Source: an uncultured archaeon (GTDB lineage: Archaea > Iainarchaeota > Iainarchaeia > Iainarchaeales > DTGL01). From it: a stretch of DNA of 64,000 nt. The notes beneath the pieces are model-generated. The model was not told the DNA's origin and searched no databases. It saw only the letters and a program-made list of their open reading frames with translations. The stretch spans positions 1 through 64,000 of the forward strand of contig CAZKED010000003.1 in the NCBI GenBank assembly GCA_964551725.1. Reading direction: 5' to 3'. Both the position numbers and the translations under genes were made by a program. Positions 40,291 through 49,405 of the stretch are shown piece after piece (within the stretch, counting starts at the first letter, position 1; every line of letters starts with the position of its first letter).

Positions 40291-40336
40291 TATCCAATGG
40301 AAAGAAAAAAGTAATAAAAATCCTTACGGAAGCACT

Positions 40337-40627
40337 TCACTCGATTTTTTCCAGTTTTCCGTTCCTTCCAGTGCTAACCTGAATCGTGCCCTGGAATTCC
40401 GAGCACCACCCATTGCTCAACTTCACCTTGTCGCCTTCGCCGAATTCGGAGCACTGCTCGTTCCACAGCGTCAAGGAAACCTCCGCGTCCTCTGAATCCT
40501 TTGCTGCCGCGGAGCATACCTTGCCGGAGCCGCGGTCGTTTGCAAACTCTCTTACATCGCCTTTTGAGACAATTTCCAGTTCGAGTTCTTCCACGCCAGT
40601 GCGGGGCTTCAAATCCTTTACAAGCAT
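40337..40627 (-). CDS. single-OB-fold ssDNA-binding protein (SSB/RPA-like)
   Basis: VKDLKP, G.V....KD, LTLWNEQ, GDKVKLSNGW..EFQG. Confidence 0.85.
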   Translation of the reverse strand: MLVKDLKPRTGVEELELEIVSKGDVREFANDRGSGKVCSAAAKDSEDAEVSLTLWNEQCSEFGEGDKVKLSNGWCSEFQGTIQVSTGRNGKLEKIE

Positions 40628-40817
40628 TAAACCACTTCCTTTCTTTCATTTTTCAATGGTAAGATTAGCATGGCGGGAAACAATTAAAAAAGGAAGCGTA
40701 GTGGAATTCCCCTAAAAACGGAATTCCCGCTGTTTTAGTCCGAAAGACGGCAGCGCAAAGCAACAAAAAGGTTTTTAAATTGGTAAAACAACCCCATTAT
40801 AAAAGCGGTGACTGGAT

Positions 40818-41054
40818 ATGATTGCATTGGCTGGTCTTGTATTAATCGCCTGCGGCTGGCTACTGCAGCTTGCGGGCGCATTTAAGGGAAAAAAGGAGGT
40901 AAACAGGGGGTTTGTTGCCGTTTACTGCCTGGGAGCCGCATTGCTTGCATGGGACGGCTTCTCAAAGGGCATGAGCGACACCGCTTTCCTGAACCTTGCA
41001 TCGCTTGCCGTCGCACTGGCGGTTTTGCTCAAACTCGTGAGAGGGAAACGGTAA
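40818..41054 (+). CDS. small 3-TM membrane protein
   Basis: Three hydrophobic helices; GGTGA SD. Confidence 0.7.
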   Translation: MIALAGLVLIACGWLLQLAGAFKGKKEVNRGFVAVYCLGAALLAWDGFSKGMSDTAFLNLASLAVALAVLLKLVRGKR

Positions 41055-41066
41055 AAGGTGAAAAAA

Positions 41067-41744
41067 ATGGCTGCCGGCAGGACAAAAAAGAAAAAAGGAA
41101 AAACGCGAAAGGATACAGGCAAAAAAAGCGGAAGGAAAAGTAAAAAAACGGAAGGGAAGGATTCTTTCGATAAAAGAATGGAGGACTTCGGCGAGGAAGT
41201 CGGAAAACTGGGAGAAGAATTCGGGGAAAGGTTCGGTGAAGCATTCGGCAGGGAAATGGAGCACAGGGCGCACAAATTCCACTGGTGGTGTTTCAGCACA
41301 CTCGGACTTATCGGACCGATAATCGGCTCTCTCGTAGGAACACTGTTCCTCGCTATTGTTTTCTGGATTGTTTACGGAATGGCAGCATTGGCAGGCGTTG
41401 AATTCATTGAGGTATTCGCCACCTTTCTTTTGAAAAACATTGCCGTGTTTTTCCTTTTGTTCCTTTACTCCGGCTACAAGGATTATTTTTCAAAAGCATT
41501 CCCACAAGCATACAAGCCTCTCTCACCAATACTCGGGGCATTCGGTCTCACAATCGTGGTGTGGATTCTCGTGAAAGCAGCGGATGTCTCCAACCTTTCG
41601 CTGCAGAACGCCGTGCTTGAATCGCTGGTTTCGTTCTTCCAGGGAAAGCTCGCATGGGTTTTCCTTTTCTTCACGCTGGTTGGCTACCTGCTGCTTTTCG
41701 TGGGAAAATACCCCGGAGTAAACAGGGGGGAATGGAAACACTGA
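41067..41744 (+). CDS. membrane protein with Lys-rich N-terminus and FGE repeats
   Basis: K-rich first 30 aa, DFGEEVGKLGEEFGERFGEAFG, then about 4 TM segments. Confidence 0.75.
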   Translation: MAAGRTKKKKGKTRKDTGKKSGRKSKKTEGKDSFDKRMEDFGEEVGKLGEEFGERFGEAFGREMEHRAHKFHWWCFSTLGLIGPIIGSLVGTLFLAIVFWIVYGMAALAGVEFIEVFATFLLKNIAVFFLLFLYSGYKDYFSKAFPQAYKPLSPILGAFGLTIVVWILVKAADVSNLSLQNAVLESLVSFFQGKLAWVFLFFTLVGYLLLFVGKYPGVNRGEWKH

Positions 41745-41760
41745 AGAGGAGCGGAAAAAA

Positions 41761-41997
41761 ATGGCAGGGGCAAAAAAAGAAAACAAAGTGAAAAAACTGT
41801 ACCGCTCCGGAGACCAGAAAGTTTTGGGGGGAGTCTGCGGCGGCATAGCAGAATACCTGAACCTGGACCCGGTAATCATAAGGCTTGGGCTCATCGCGCT
41901 GACGCTTTTCACACTGCCCCTGGGCGGAATTTCAATAGTGTTCTACCTCCTTGCATGGATTTTAATCCCGAGGAATCCCAAGCACGAATGGAACTGA
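41761..41997 (+). CDS. pspC: PspC domain protein
   Basis: KKLYRS..QKVLGGVCGGIAEYLNLDP.IIR...YLLAWILIP. Confidence 0.92.
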   Translation: MAGAKKENKVKKLYRSGDQKVLGGVCGGIAEYLNLDPVIIRLGLIALTLFTLPLGGISIVFYLLAWILIPRNPKHEWN

Positions 41998-41999
41998 AA

Positions 42000-42539
42000 T
42001 CATTTAACCTGCACCGCACCGAGTTCCAAAGCCTTAAGGTTTGCGGGCAAAAATTTTTCCTTTGCGCCCGCCATCTCTTCCATAAGCGCCTTTTGCACGG
42101 ATTCCATTTTTACCCTCCCAGAAGCGGCTATATAAGCGCCGAGCATTGCCATGTTCGCCGATTTTGCGTTCCCGGCATTTTTTTCCGCCAAATCGTTGGC
42201 TGGAATTGAAACAACCTTGACGTCCGAGCGCTTGGTTTTAACGTCAATAAGGGACGAGTTCATCACAAGCAAGCCGCCTTTTTTCAACTGGATTTCAAAG
42301 GCTTCAAGCGAGGGCTTGTTCATTACAATAATTGTGTCCGGTGTCGGAGCCAGGGGAGAGCTTATCTCTTCGTCCGAGATAATGACTGTGCAGTTCGCCG
42401 TGCCGCCGCGCATCTCGGGACCGTAACTCGGAACCCATGAAACGTGCTTTCCCTCGCTCATGCCCGCGAGCGCGAGCAGTTTTCCTATGAGCAAAACGCC
42501 CTGACCGCCAAAGCCGGCTGAAACAATTTTTTCCTCCAT
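42000..42539 (-). CDS. 2-oxoacid:ferredoxin oxidoreductase gamma subunit (VOR-type)
   Basis: AGFGGQG, PSYGPEMRGGTANC. Confidence 0.93.
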   Translation of the reverse strand: MEEKIVSAGFGGQGVLLIGKLLALAGMSEGKHVSWVPSYGPEMRGGTANCTVIISDEEISSPLAPTPDTIIVMNKPSLEAFEIQLKKGGLLVMNSSLIDVKTKRSDVKVVSIPANDLAEKNAGNAKSANMAMLGAYIAASGRVKMESVQKALMEEMAGAKEKFLPANLKALELGAVQVK

Positions 42540-43285
42540 CACTTTTCCCCCTTCACGTCCTTGAATCTGCCCAGGGGAAACGTTTTGGTCATTTCCTCGC
42601 CAACCCATTTGATTGCTTCCAAGGGCTTCATTTTCCAGTTTGTCGGGCACTGCGAGAGCACTTCGACGATTGAAAAGCCCTCTTTGTTTACCTGGGTTTC
42701 GCACGCCCTGTTAATGGCTTTTTTTGCCTTAATCACACTGGCCGGGCTTGTAACGGTGACGCGTTCCGCGAACGCCACGCCGTCCAGCGTGGCAAGCATT
42801 TCGCACATGCGAATGGGGTAGCCGTGCACCGCCTTTTCCCTGCCGTAAGGGGTTGTGGTGGTTTTTTGTTTCAGTACGGTGGTTGGCGCCATCTGCCCGC
42901 CGGTCATTCCGTAAATAGCGTTGTTTATGAATATTACGGTAATGTTTTCCCCGCGGTTCGCGGCGTGCACTGTTTCCGCCGTGCCTATCGCAGCCAAATC
43001 GCCGTCTCCCTGGTAGGAAAACACGAAAGAATCGGGCAGAACGCGTTTAACTCCCGTTGCCACCGCCGGAGCCCTGCCGTGCGCTGCCTCAATCATGTCC
43101 ACATTGAAATAATTGTAAGCGAAAACAGCGCAGCCAACAGGCGCAATTCCTATGGTTTTCTCCCTCACCCCGAATTCGTCTATTGCTTCCGCAAGCAGGC
43201 GGTGCGCTATCCCGTGACCGCATCCCGGACAGTAATGGGTTGAAACATCAACAAGAGCTTCGGGCTTTCCCTGCAATACCCTCAT
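42539..43285 (-). CDS. 2-oxoacid:ferredoxin oxidoreductase beta (TPP-binding) subunit (VOR-type)
   Basis: [18 protein letters not shown]...[16 protein letters not shown]. Confidence 0.94.
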   Translation of the reverse strand: MRVLQGKPEALVDVSTHYCPGCGHGIAHRLLAEAIDEFGVREKTIGIAPVGCAVFAYNYFNVDMIEAAHGRAPAVATGVKRVLPDSFVFSYQGDGDLAAIGTAETVHAANRGENITVIFINNAIYGMTGGQMAPTTVLKQKTTTTPYGREKAVHGYPIRMCEMLATLDGVAFAERVTVTSPASVIKAKKAINRACETQVNKEGFSIVEVLSQCPTNWKMKPLEAIKWVGEEMTKTFPLGRFKDVKGEK

Positions 43286-44334
43286 TTTGCCACTTCCTCC
43301 AGTTTTTCCATTAACTGCTGCGGCGTCAAAAGCATTCCCCCCAATCTGCCAATAAAGTGAACGGGTTTTCTGCCGTTCACTGCAAGGCGCACGTCTTCAA
43401 CCATCTGCCCCATGTTAAGTTCCGCGACCAAAAACGATTTCACTTTTTCCGCCTGCCTTGCAATTTCTTCCGAGGGAAAAGGCCAGAGGGTAACCGGTCT
43501 TATAAGCCCTGCTTTCATTCCCTTTTCCCTTGCCTCCTTCACAACGCTTTTCGCAATCCTTGAAACAATGCCGAAAGCCACAATTGCATATTCCGCGTCA
43601 GCCATTTCAAAGAGTTCAATGCGCTTTTCGTTTTTCTCCACTTCACGGTATTTTTGCAATGATTTGAGGTTTTCTTTTTCCAGTTCCTCGGGCTCCAGGT
43701 AAAGGGAGTTGATTATGTTCGGCTTTCTGCCGCGGGCGCCTCGGGTCGTCCAGGGCTTTCTGCTCAAATCGTTCTCTGAACTTTTGCTGAATTCCACGGA
43801 TTCCATCATTTGCCCCATCAGCCCGTCGCCCAGAACCATTACAGGCATCCTATATTTATCCGCCAAATCGAATGCTTCCACTGTCAGGTCAGCGAGCTCC
43901 TGCACCGAATTGGGCGCAAGCACGATGAGCCTGTAATCCCCGTGCCCTCCGCCCTTTGTTGCCTGGAAGTAGTCCCCCTGCGAGGGCGCGATGTTGCCAA
44001 GACCTGGTCCACCGCGAACCATGTTGACTATTACGCAGGGCAGGTTGCAGCCGGCAATGTAGGATATGCCTTCCTGTTTGAGGGAGATGCCCGGGCTAGA
44101 GGAGGAGGTCATTACCCTCGCGCCTGCCGAAGCCGCGCCCAGAACCATGTTTATCGCTGCAACCTCGCTTTCCGCCTGCATGAAAAAACAGTCCTTTCGC
44201 TTGGGCATTTCCCTTGCGAGGTATTCGCTCAGCTCGGTCTGCGGCGTAATGGGGTACCCGAAGTAGTGGGTGCAGCCCGCTCTGAGCGCTGATTCCGCTA
44301 TTGCCTCGTTTCCCTTCATGAGAATTTTCGGCAT
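43282..44334 (-). CDS. 2-oxoisovalerate-type oxidoreductase alpha subunit (VorB-like)
   Basis: [36 protein letters not shown]. Confidence 0.92.
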   Translation of the reverse strand: MPKILMKGNEAIAESALRAGCTHYFGYPITPQTELSEYLAREMPKRKDCFFMQAESEVAAINMVLGAASAGARVMTSSSSPGISLKQEGISYIAGCNLPCVIVNMVRGGPGLGNIAPSQGDYFQATKGGGHGDYRLIVLAPNSVQELADLTVEAFDLADKYRMPVMVLGDGLMGQMMESVEFSKSSENDLSRKPWTTRGARGRKPNIINSLYLEPEELEKENLKSLQKYREVEKNEKRIELFEMADAEYAIVAFGIVSRIAKSVVKEAREKGMKAGLIRPVTLWPFPSEEIARQAEKVKSFLVAELNMGQMVEDVRLAVNGRKPVHFIGRLGGMLLTPQQLMEKLEEVAK

Positions 44335-44337
44335 TCC

Positions 44338-44550
44338 TCACTCCTCCACTATTTCAATTGCCGTGTCAGGGCACACCAAAAAGCACTGCCTGCAGCCAAT
44401 GCATTTCTTTTTGTCCACGACTGCGGGGTGCACTCCTTTGGCGTTGAATTTTTTTTCATTGTAAGAGATTGCCTCCTTCGGGCAGACGCTTATGCAGAGC
44501 CCGCATGCCTTGCACTTTTCCTCCAGAACCCTTGCTTTTATTTTTCCCAT
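44338..44550 (-). CDS. 2[4Fe-4S] ferredoxin, oxidoreductase delta subunit
   Basis: CKACGLCISVCP and CIGCRQCFLVCP. Confidence 0.92.
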   Translation of the reverse strand: MGKIKARVLEEKCKACGLCISVCPKEAISYNEKKFNAKGVHPAVVDKKKCIGCRQCFLVCPDTAIEIVEE

Positions 44551-44564
44551 TATGTTCCTTCTCC

Positions 44565-45872
44565 TTATTTCGAAAGTTCCCCGCAGGCTGCGGCAAGCCT
44601 TTTTATTCCCTCTCGGACCATTTCCTCGCGGGGTTTGCTGAAATTCAGCCTTGCGGAATTGTGCATTTTTTTGTCGCTGCACTTTGGAAAGAAAGCGCTT
44701 CCCTTGACTATTGCGACGTCTTTTTCTATCGCGGCTTTGAACAGGTCGCCGCCGTTTATGTCGTTAAGGCGCAGCCATACAAACAACCCGCCTTTGGGCT
44801 TCACCCACTGCCCGTATTCCCTGAGGTTTGAATCCATTGCTTCAAGCATTGCGTTCCTTCGCTTGCGGTAAACTGGTATTACCCTGTTCCAGTATTCTTT
44901 AATGTAATCGCGCCCTATGAATTCCGCCATAATGTACTGGCTCAGCGAACTGGCGCAGAGCGTGGCGTTCTGGAGCATTACCCTCATTTTCGCTATCAGT
45001 TCCGTTGACCCGAGAACATAGCCGAGCCTGAGTCCCGGGGCAGCCATTTTTGAAAAGGTCTGCAGCCTTAAAACGCAGCCTATGTCGTCGTAGTGTTTTA
45101 TTGAATGCAGTTTTTTTCCCTCGTAGCGCAGGCAGGCGTAGGGCTCGTCTTCTATTACGGGAATGCCGAATTCGTTCGAAATGTCAATGAGTTCTTTCCT
45201 CCTTTTTTCGCTTAACTCCGTTCCCGCAGGATTGTCGAATGTCGGCACTACGTAAATGTAGCCGCATTTTTCAAGTTTTTCTCTGGGAAGTTCCCATATT
45301 TGCTCAACCTGCATTCCCTTTTCATCCAATGGAATGCCCACAATTTCAAGGTTCTGCGAGCGTCCGTCCAGAACGTTCAGTTCAGCCAGATATGTCGGGC
45401 AGCCCACTATAACGGTGCTTTTCCCGCACGGGCTTATGAACGCGCGCGCGGCAATGTCCAGGCCCTGCTGCGCGGCGCTTATGACGAGCATGTTTTCCTT
45501 TCCGAATTCCCCGAAGTCCTCTTCCTCATCGATCCAGTTTTTGAGTTTTTCAACAAAATAGGGAGCGCCTTCCGTCGGAGCGTACTGGTACATGCTGCCG
45601 GGCTTTATTGTCCTGCCCCTGTAATCCCTTATTTTTCCATTGGTGTAATCAGCGATAATTTCAAGGAACTCCTCTGAGGCAAACAAGTCGCTGTCGGGCA
45701 GTCCGCCTGCCAAAGAAATTATTTCAGGTCTGCCCTGGGTAACGCTTAAAATTTCCCTTACAGCGGAGGCATCCACTCCCGCATCGTATGCCAGCCGCAC
45801 ATAATTCTTTTCGCTCCCCGCTTCAAGACCGTAGGAAAATTTTTTCCTCCCGCTTTCCACAATCAATAACAA
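44565..45872 (-). CDS. PLP-dependent class I aminotransferase (LysN/Aro8-like)
   Basis: ISLAGGLPD, PTFDNPAG, EDEPY, TFSKMAAPGLRLG, RLNFS. Confidence 0.92.
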   Translation of the reverse strand: MLLIVESGRKKFSYGLEAGSEKNYVRLAYDAGVDASAVREILSVTQGRPEIISLAGGLPDSDLFASEEFLEIIADYTNGKIRDYRGRTIKPGSMYQYAPTEGAPYFVEKLKNWIDEEEDFGEFGKENMLVISAAQQGLDIAARAFISPCGKSTVIVGCPTYLAELNVLDGRSQNLEIVGIPLDEKGMQVEQIWELPREKLEKCGYIYVVPTFDNPAGTELSEKRRKELIDISNEFGIPVIEDEPYACLRYEGKKLHSIKHYDDIGCVLRLQTFSKMAAPGLRLGYVLGSTELIAKMRVMLQNATLCASSLSQYIMAEFIGRDYIKEYWNRVIPVYRKRRNAMLEAMDSNLREYGQWVKPKGGLFVWLRLNDINGGDLFKAAIEKDVAIVKGSAFFPKCSDKKMHNSARLNFSKPREEMVREGIKRLAAACGELSK

Positions 45873-45873
45873 A

Positions 45874-47505
45874 TCACCTCTTTCTCAGTTCCACTCTCCT
45901 TATCTTTCCGCTGATTGTTTTCGGCAGTTCTTTCACGTATTCAATGACTCTGGGGTATTTGTAGGGAGCTGTCTCCTTTTTAACGAAATCCTGAAGTTCC
46001 TTTGTCAGCTGCTCCGAGCCCTTGTAACCCGGAGCGAGAATAACGAATGCCTTTACAACCATGCCGCGCACCGGATCAGGATGCCCGACAACCGCGGCTT
46101 CCGCCACACTCGGATGCTTTATAAGCACGGATTCCACTTCGAACGGTCCTATCCTGTAACCCGAAGCCTTTATTACGTCGTCCGCCCTTCCCACAAACCA
46201 GAAGTATCCGTCCTCATCCCTGTACGCCTTGTCGCCGGTGAAATACCAGCCGTTTCTGAAAACTTCGGCGTTCTTCTCCGGGTCCTGCCAGTATTCCCTG
46301 AAAATTCCAGGCGGCTTTGCGGGCTCAATTCTCACGGCAATGAGTCCTTCTTCTCCCGCAGGAACAACGCGCCCTTCCCCGTCGACGATGCCGACAATGT
46401 GACCTGGCGTAGGCTTCCCCATCGAGCCGGGTCTTACGGGAACGCAAGAGTAATTGGAAACAAGGCAGACTGTTTCGGTCTGACCGTAAAAGTCGTGGAT
46501 TGTCGTGCCTGTTGCATTCCTCCATGTTTTTATTACCTCGGGATTCAGCGGCTCGCCTGCACTCATGCAGTGCCTCAAATTCGAGTAATCAAAGTCCTTC
46601 AGGTTTTCTTTCAGTATCATCATCCTGTAGACCGTGGGGGGAGCGCAGAAAGTGCTGACCTTGAATTCCTGTATTATTTTAAGCGCAACGTCAGCGTCAA
46701 ACTTTCCCTGCTGGTTGTACTGCAGAACGGTACAGCCGACAATCCATTGACCGAACAACTTGCCCCAGGCGGTTTTCGCCCAGCCGGTATCCGCCAAAGT
46801 CCAGTGAATGTCTTCCGGGCGTAAATCCTGGGCGAAGCGCGCTGTTACCTCGTGACCGAGTGCATACCTTTGCTCGTGTAACACCATTTTGGGATAGGAT
46901 TCCGTGCCGGAGGTGAAATAAATGAGCATTGCATCCGAACTCTTCGTTTTTCCTATTTTTTCAGTGTCCAGTTCGGCCGGAAATTCACTGCATTTTTCCC
47001 TCAGGCATGCCCAGCCCTCGCGGGGGCTTTCAAGCAGCACTTTTTTCCCGAGGGTTTTGCATTTTGCCTGCACTTTTTCTATTTTTTCCGCGTTTTCCGT
47101 GTTTGTTATTGCCATTACCGCTCCCGCTTTGTTTATCCTGAACTCGAGGTCTTTTTCAGTGCTCATTGTCGTCGTGGGAATGAATATTGCGCCAAGCTTT
47201 GTCAGACCCAGAATGCAGAAATACCATTCGGGAATGCGGGGCAGCATTACAAGAACGCGGTCCCCTTTTTTTATTCCCATGCTGAGAAAAAAGTTCGCCG
47301 CTTTGTTGGATTCATCGCTCAGTTCCCTGAAAGAGTGCTTTGCGTGTTCTACGCCGCCTGTTTCAACTGTAATGAGCGCGGTTTTTTCGGGGTTCTCTGA
47401 GGCGCGCTTGTCTATCACGTCAAACCCGTAGTTGAAGTATTCCGGCACTTTCCACTTGAAATTCCTGCGGGCTTCCTCGTAATTCTCCATGTTGCTCCCC
47501 GCCAT
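45874..47505 (-). CDS. AMP-forming short/medium-chain acyl-CoA synthetase
   Basis: YFTSGT..YPK, ADTGWAK, AGEPLNP, YGQTE, GYRIGPFEVES, PKTISGKIRR. Confidence 0.93.
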   Translation of the reverse strand: MAGSNMENYEEARRNFKWKVPEYFNYGFDVIDKRASENPEKTALITVETGGVEHAKHSFRELSDESNKAANFFLSMGIKKGDRVLVMLPRIPEWYFCILGLTKLGAIFIPTTTMSTEKDLEFRINKAGAVMAITNTENAEKIEKVQAKCKTLGKKVLLESPREGWACLREKCSEFPAELDTEKIGKTKSSDAMLIYFTSGTESYPKMVLHEQRYALGHEVTARFAQDLRPEDIHWTLADTGWAKTAWGKLFGQWIVGCTVLQYNQQGKFDADVALKIIQEFKVSTFCAPPTVYRMMILKENLKDFDYSNLRHCMSAGEPLNPEVIKTWRNATGTTIHDFYGQTETVCLVSNYSCVPVRPGSMGKPTPGHIVGIVDGEGRVVPAGEEGLIAVRIEPAKPPGIFREYWQDPEKNAEVFRNGWYFTGDKAYRDEDGYFWFVGRADDVIKASGYRIGPFEVESVLIKHPSVAEAAVVGHPDPVRGMVVKAFVILAPGYKGSEQLTKELQDFVKKETAPYKYPRVIEYVKELPKTISGKIRRVELRKR

Positions 47506-49205
47506 CAGTTTCCCCCCGGTCCGAGTTCTTTTAACGCCATTTCCTTCAACTTGAATTTCTGCACCTTCCCGCTCGCGGTCAGCGGGAATTTTTCCACAAA
47601 CCTCACGTGCCTGGGCGCCTTGTAGCGGGAGAAATTCTCCTTGCAGTATTTTATTATTTCTTCCTCCGTTGCGGACTTACCTTTTTTGAGTACAATGTAT
47701 GCCATTACTTCCTCGCCGTAAGTGCCGCTGGGCACTCCTATCACCGCGCTGTCCTTTATTTTGGGGTTAGTGTAGAGGAATTCCTCCACTTCCCTCGGGT
47801 AAACGTTTTCGCCGCCGCGGATTATCATGTCGTCAATCCTGCCGTGGATTTTTACATATCCGCTTTCATCCATTGACGCAAGGTCCTTGCTGTGGAGAAA
47901 ACCCTGACCGTCAATTGCTTCTTTTGTCTTGTCGGGCATTTTGTAGTATCCTTTCATCACATTGTAGCCCCTTACGACGAGTTCGCCCGGAGTGCCCCTC
48001 GGCTGCTCCAAGTTCGTGCCCGGCTTTACTATCCTGACTTCCTGGTTGGGGTGCGCTTTTCCCACGGTCTCAACCCTTGCCTCTATTGGATCATCTATCG
48101 CCGTCTGGGTTATGACCGGGGACGCCTCAGTCAAACCGTAGCAGATCGTTATTTCCTTCATGTTCATTAATTCAATTGTCTTGCGCATCGTGTCAACTGG
48201 GCAGGGTGAGCCCGCCATTACTCCGGTCCGGAGCGAGGACAAATCGCATTTTTTGAAATCCTCGTGGTTGAGTTCCATTATGAACATTGTCGGAACGCCG
48301 TACAAAGCGGTGCATTTCTCGGACTGCACTGCGTCAAGCACCTGCTGCGGGTTGAAGATTTCCACGGGAACCATTGTTGCGCCTGCCACAACGCAGCCGA
48401 GCGTTCCCAAAACGCAGCCGAAGCAGTGGAAAAAGGGGACGGGAATGCACATCCTGTCCCTGTGCGTCAGGCGCTGGAATTTCCCGATGAAGCGCGCGTT
48501 GTTCACTATATTGTAGTGCGTTAACATCACTCCCTTGGGAAATCCCGTTGTGCCGGAAGTGTACTGCATGTTTATCACGTCGTGCGGTTTTACCTGCGCT
48601 CTTGCTTCGGCTAGCTCTTCGTCGCTCGCTTCTTTTCCGAGTTCCGCGAATTCGGAAAAGGAAAGCATTCCCTTGTGCTTGCCGCCTCCGATGAACACAA
48701 CGTTTTTCAGAAGCGGGAGCTTTCCGCTTTCAAGTTTGCCTGGCTCCGCACCGCGGAGTTCGGGAACGACGCTGTAAAGAGTTTCAACGTAATTCACGTC
48801 CTTGAACTGCTGAATCAAAAAAAGAGCAACGGAGTCCGACTGCTTGAGCAAATATTCGAGTTCCTTGGCTTTGTAGGAGGTGTTCACTGTGACCAAAACA
48901 GCGCCGATTTTGGCTGTCGCGAACTGCAGGAGAACCCATTCCGGGACATTGTAAGCCCAGACTGCTATGCGGTCGCCCTTTTTTATTCCGAGTGCCAGGA
49001 GGGATTTTGCCAGTTTGCCGCAGAGTTCGTTGAATTCGCGGTAGGAATGCCTCAAACCTCGTTCAGGGTAGACCAGAGCGTCGTTGTCGGGATGCAGCGA
49101 GGCAGTGCGCTCCAGCACTTCAGGAATGCTCTCCTCCTTCGGCATCCATTCTTCGGGAATGGAAAAACCGCTCTTTTCCGTACTGCCGGCAACCCCGCCC
49201 CCCAT
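47505..49205 (-). CDS. AMP-forming acyl-CoA synthetase (ACSF2/FadD-like)
   Basis: QYTSGTTGFPKG, FHCFG, YGLTE, IIRGGENVYPREVE, TASGKVQK. Confidence 0.93.
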   Translation of the reverse strand: MGGGVAGSTEKSGFSIPEEWMPKEESIPEVLERTASLHPDNDALVYPERGLRHSYREFNELCGKLAKSLLALGIKKGDRIAVWAYNVPEWVLLQFATAKIGAVLVTVNTSYKAKELEYLLKQSDSVALFLIQQFKDVNYVETLYSVVPELRGAEPGKLESGKLPLLKNVVFIGGGKHKGMLSFSEFAELGKEASDEELAEARAQVKPHDVINMQYTSGTTGFPKGVMLTHYNIVNNARFIGKFQRLTHRDRMCIPVPFFHCFGCVLGTLGCVVAGATMVPVEIFNPQQVLDAVQSEKCTALYGVPTMFIMELNHEDFKKCDLSSLRTGVMAGSPCPVDTMRKTIELMNMKEITICYGLTEASPVITQTAIDDPIEARVETVGKAHPNQEVRIVKPGTNLEQPRGTPGELVVRGYNVMKGYYKMPDKTKEAIDGQGFLHSKDLASMDESGYVKIHGRIDDMIIRGGENVYPREVEEFLYTNPKIKDSAVIGVPSGTYGEEVMAYIVLKKGKSATEEEIIKYCKENFSRYKAPRHVRFVEKFPLTASGKVQKFKLKEMALKELGPGGN

Positions 49206-49405
49206 AAAAAAAAGCCCCCAAAAACAGGAGTGTGAAAAAATAGGAATTGAAAACTTAAAAAAGGTAACTGTTCCCCGGCAGCCGTCTGTTCGCCTGATGG
49301 CGTGCATAAGCGGCAGGCGCCTGAACAAAAAGAAACCAATAAATAAACATATTCCCCCAATCTAGGCATTCAGAGTAAGCGTTCGGAGCGGTTGGAGGTA
49401 TTTTA

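Noticed and set aside
40700-40730. Two GGAATTCC palindromes between ssb and the pspC operon
   Set aside because: GGAATTCC-like words are frequent throughout the window, so significance is doubtful
49280-49330. Imperfect hairpin upstream of the acyl-CoA ligase operon
   Set aside because: Short interrupted stems with no riboswitch consensus recognised
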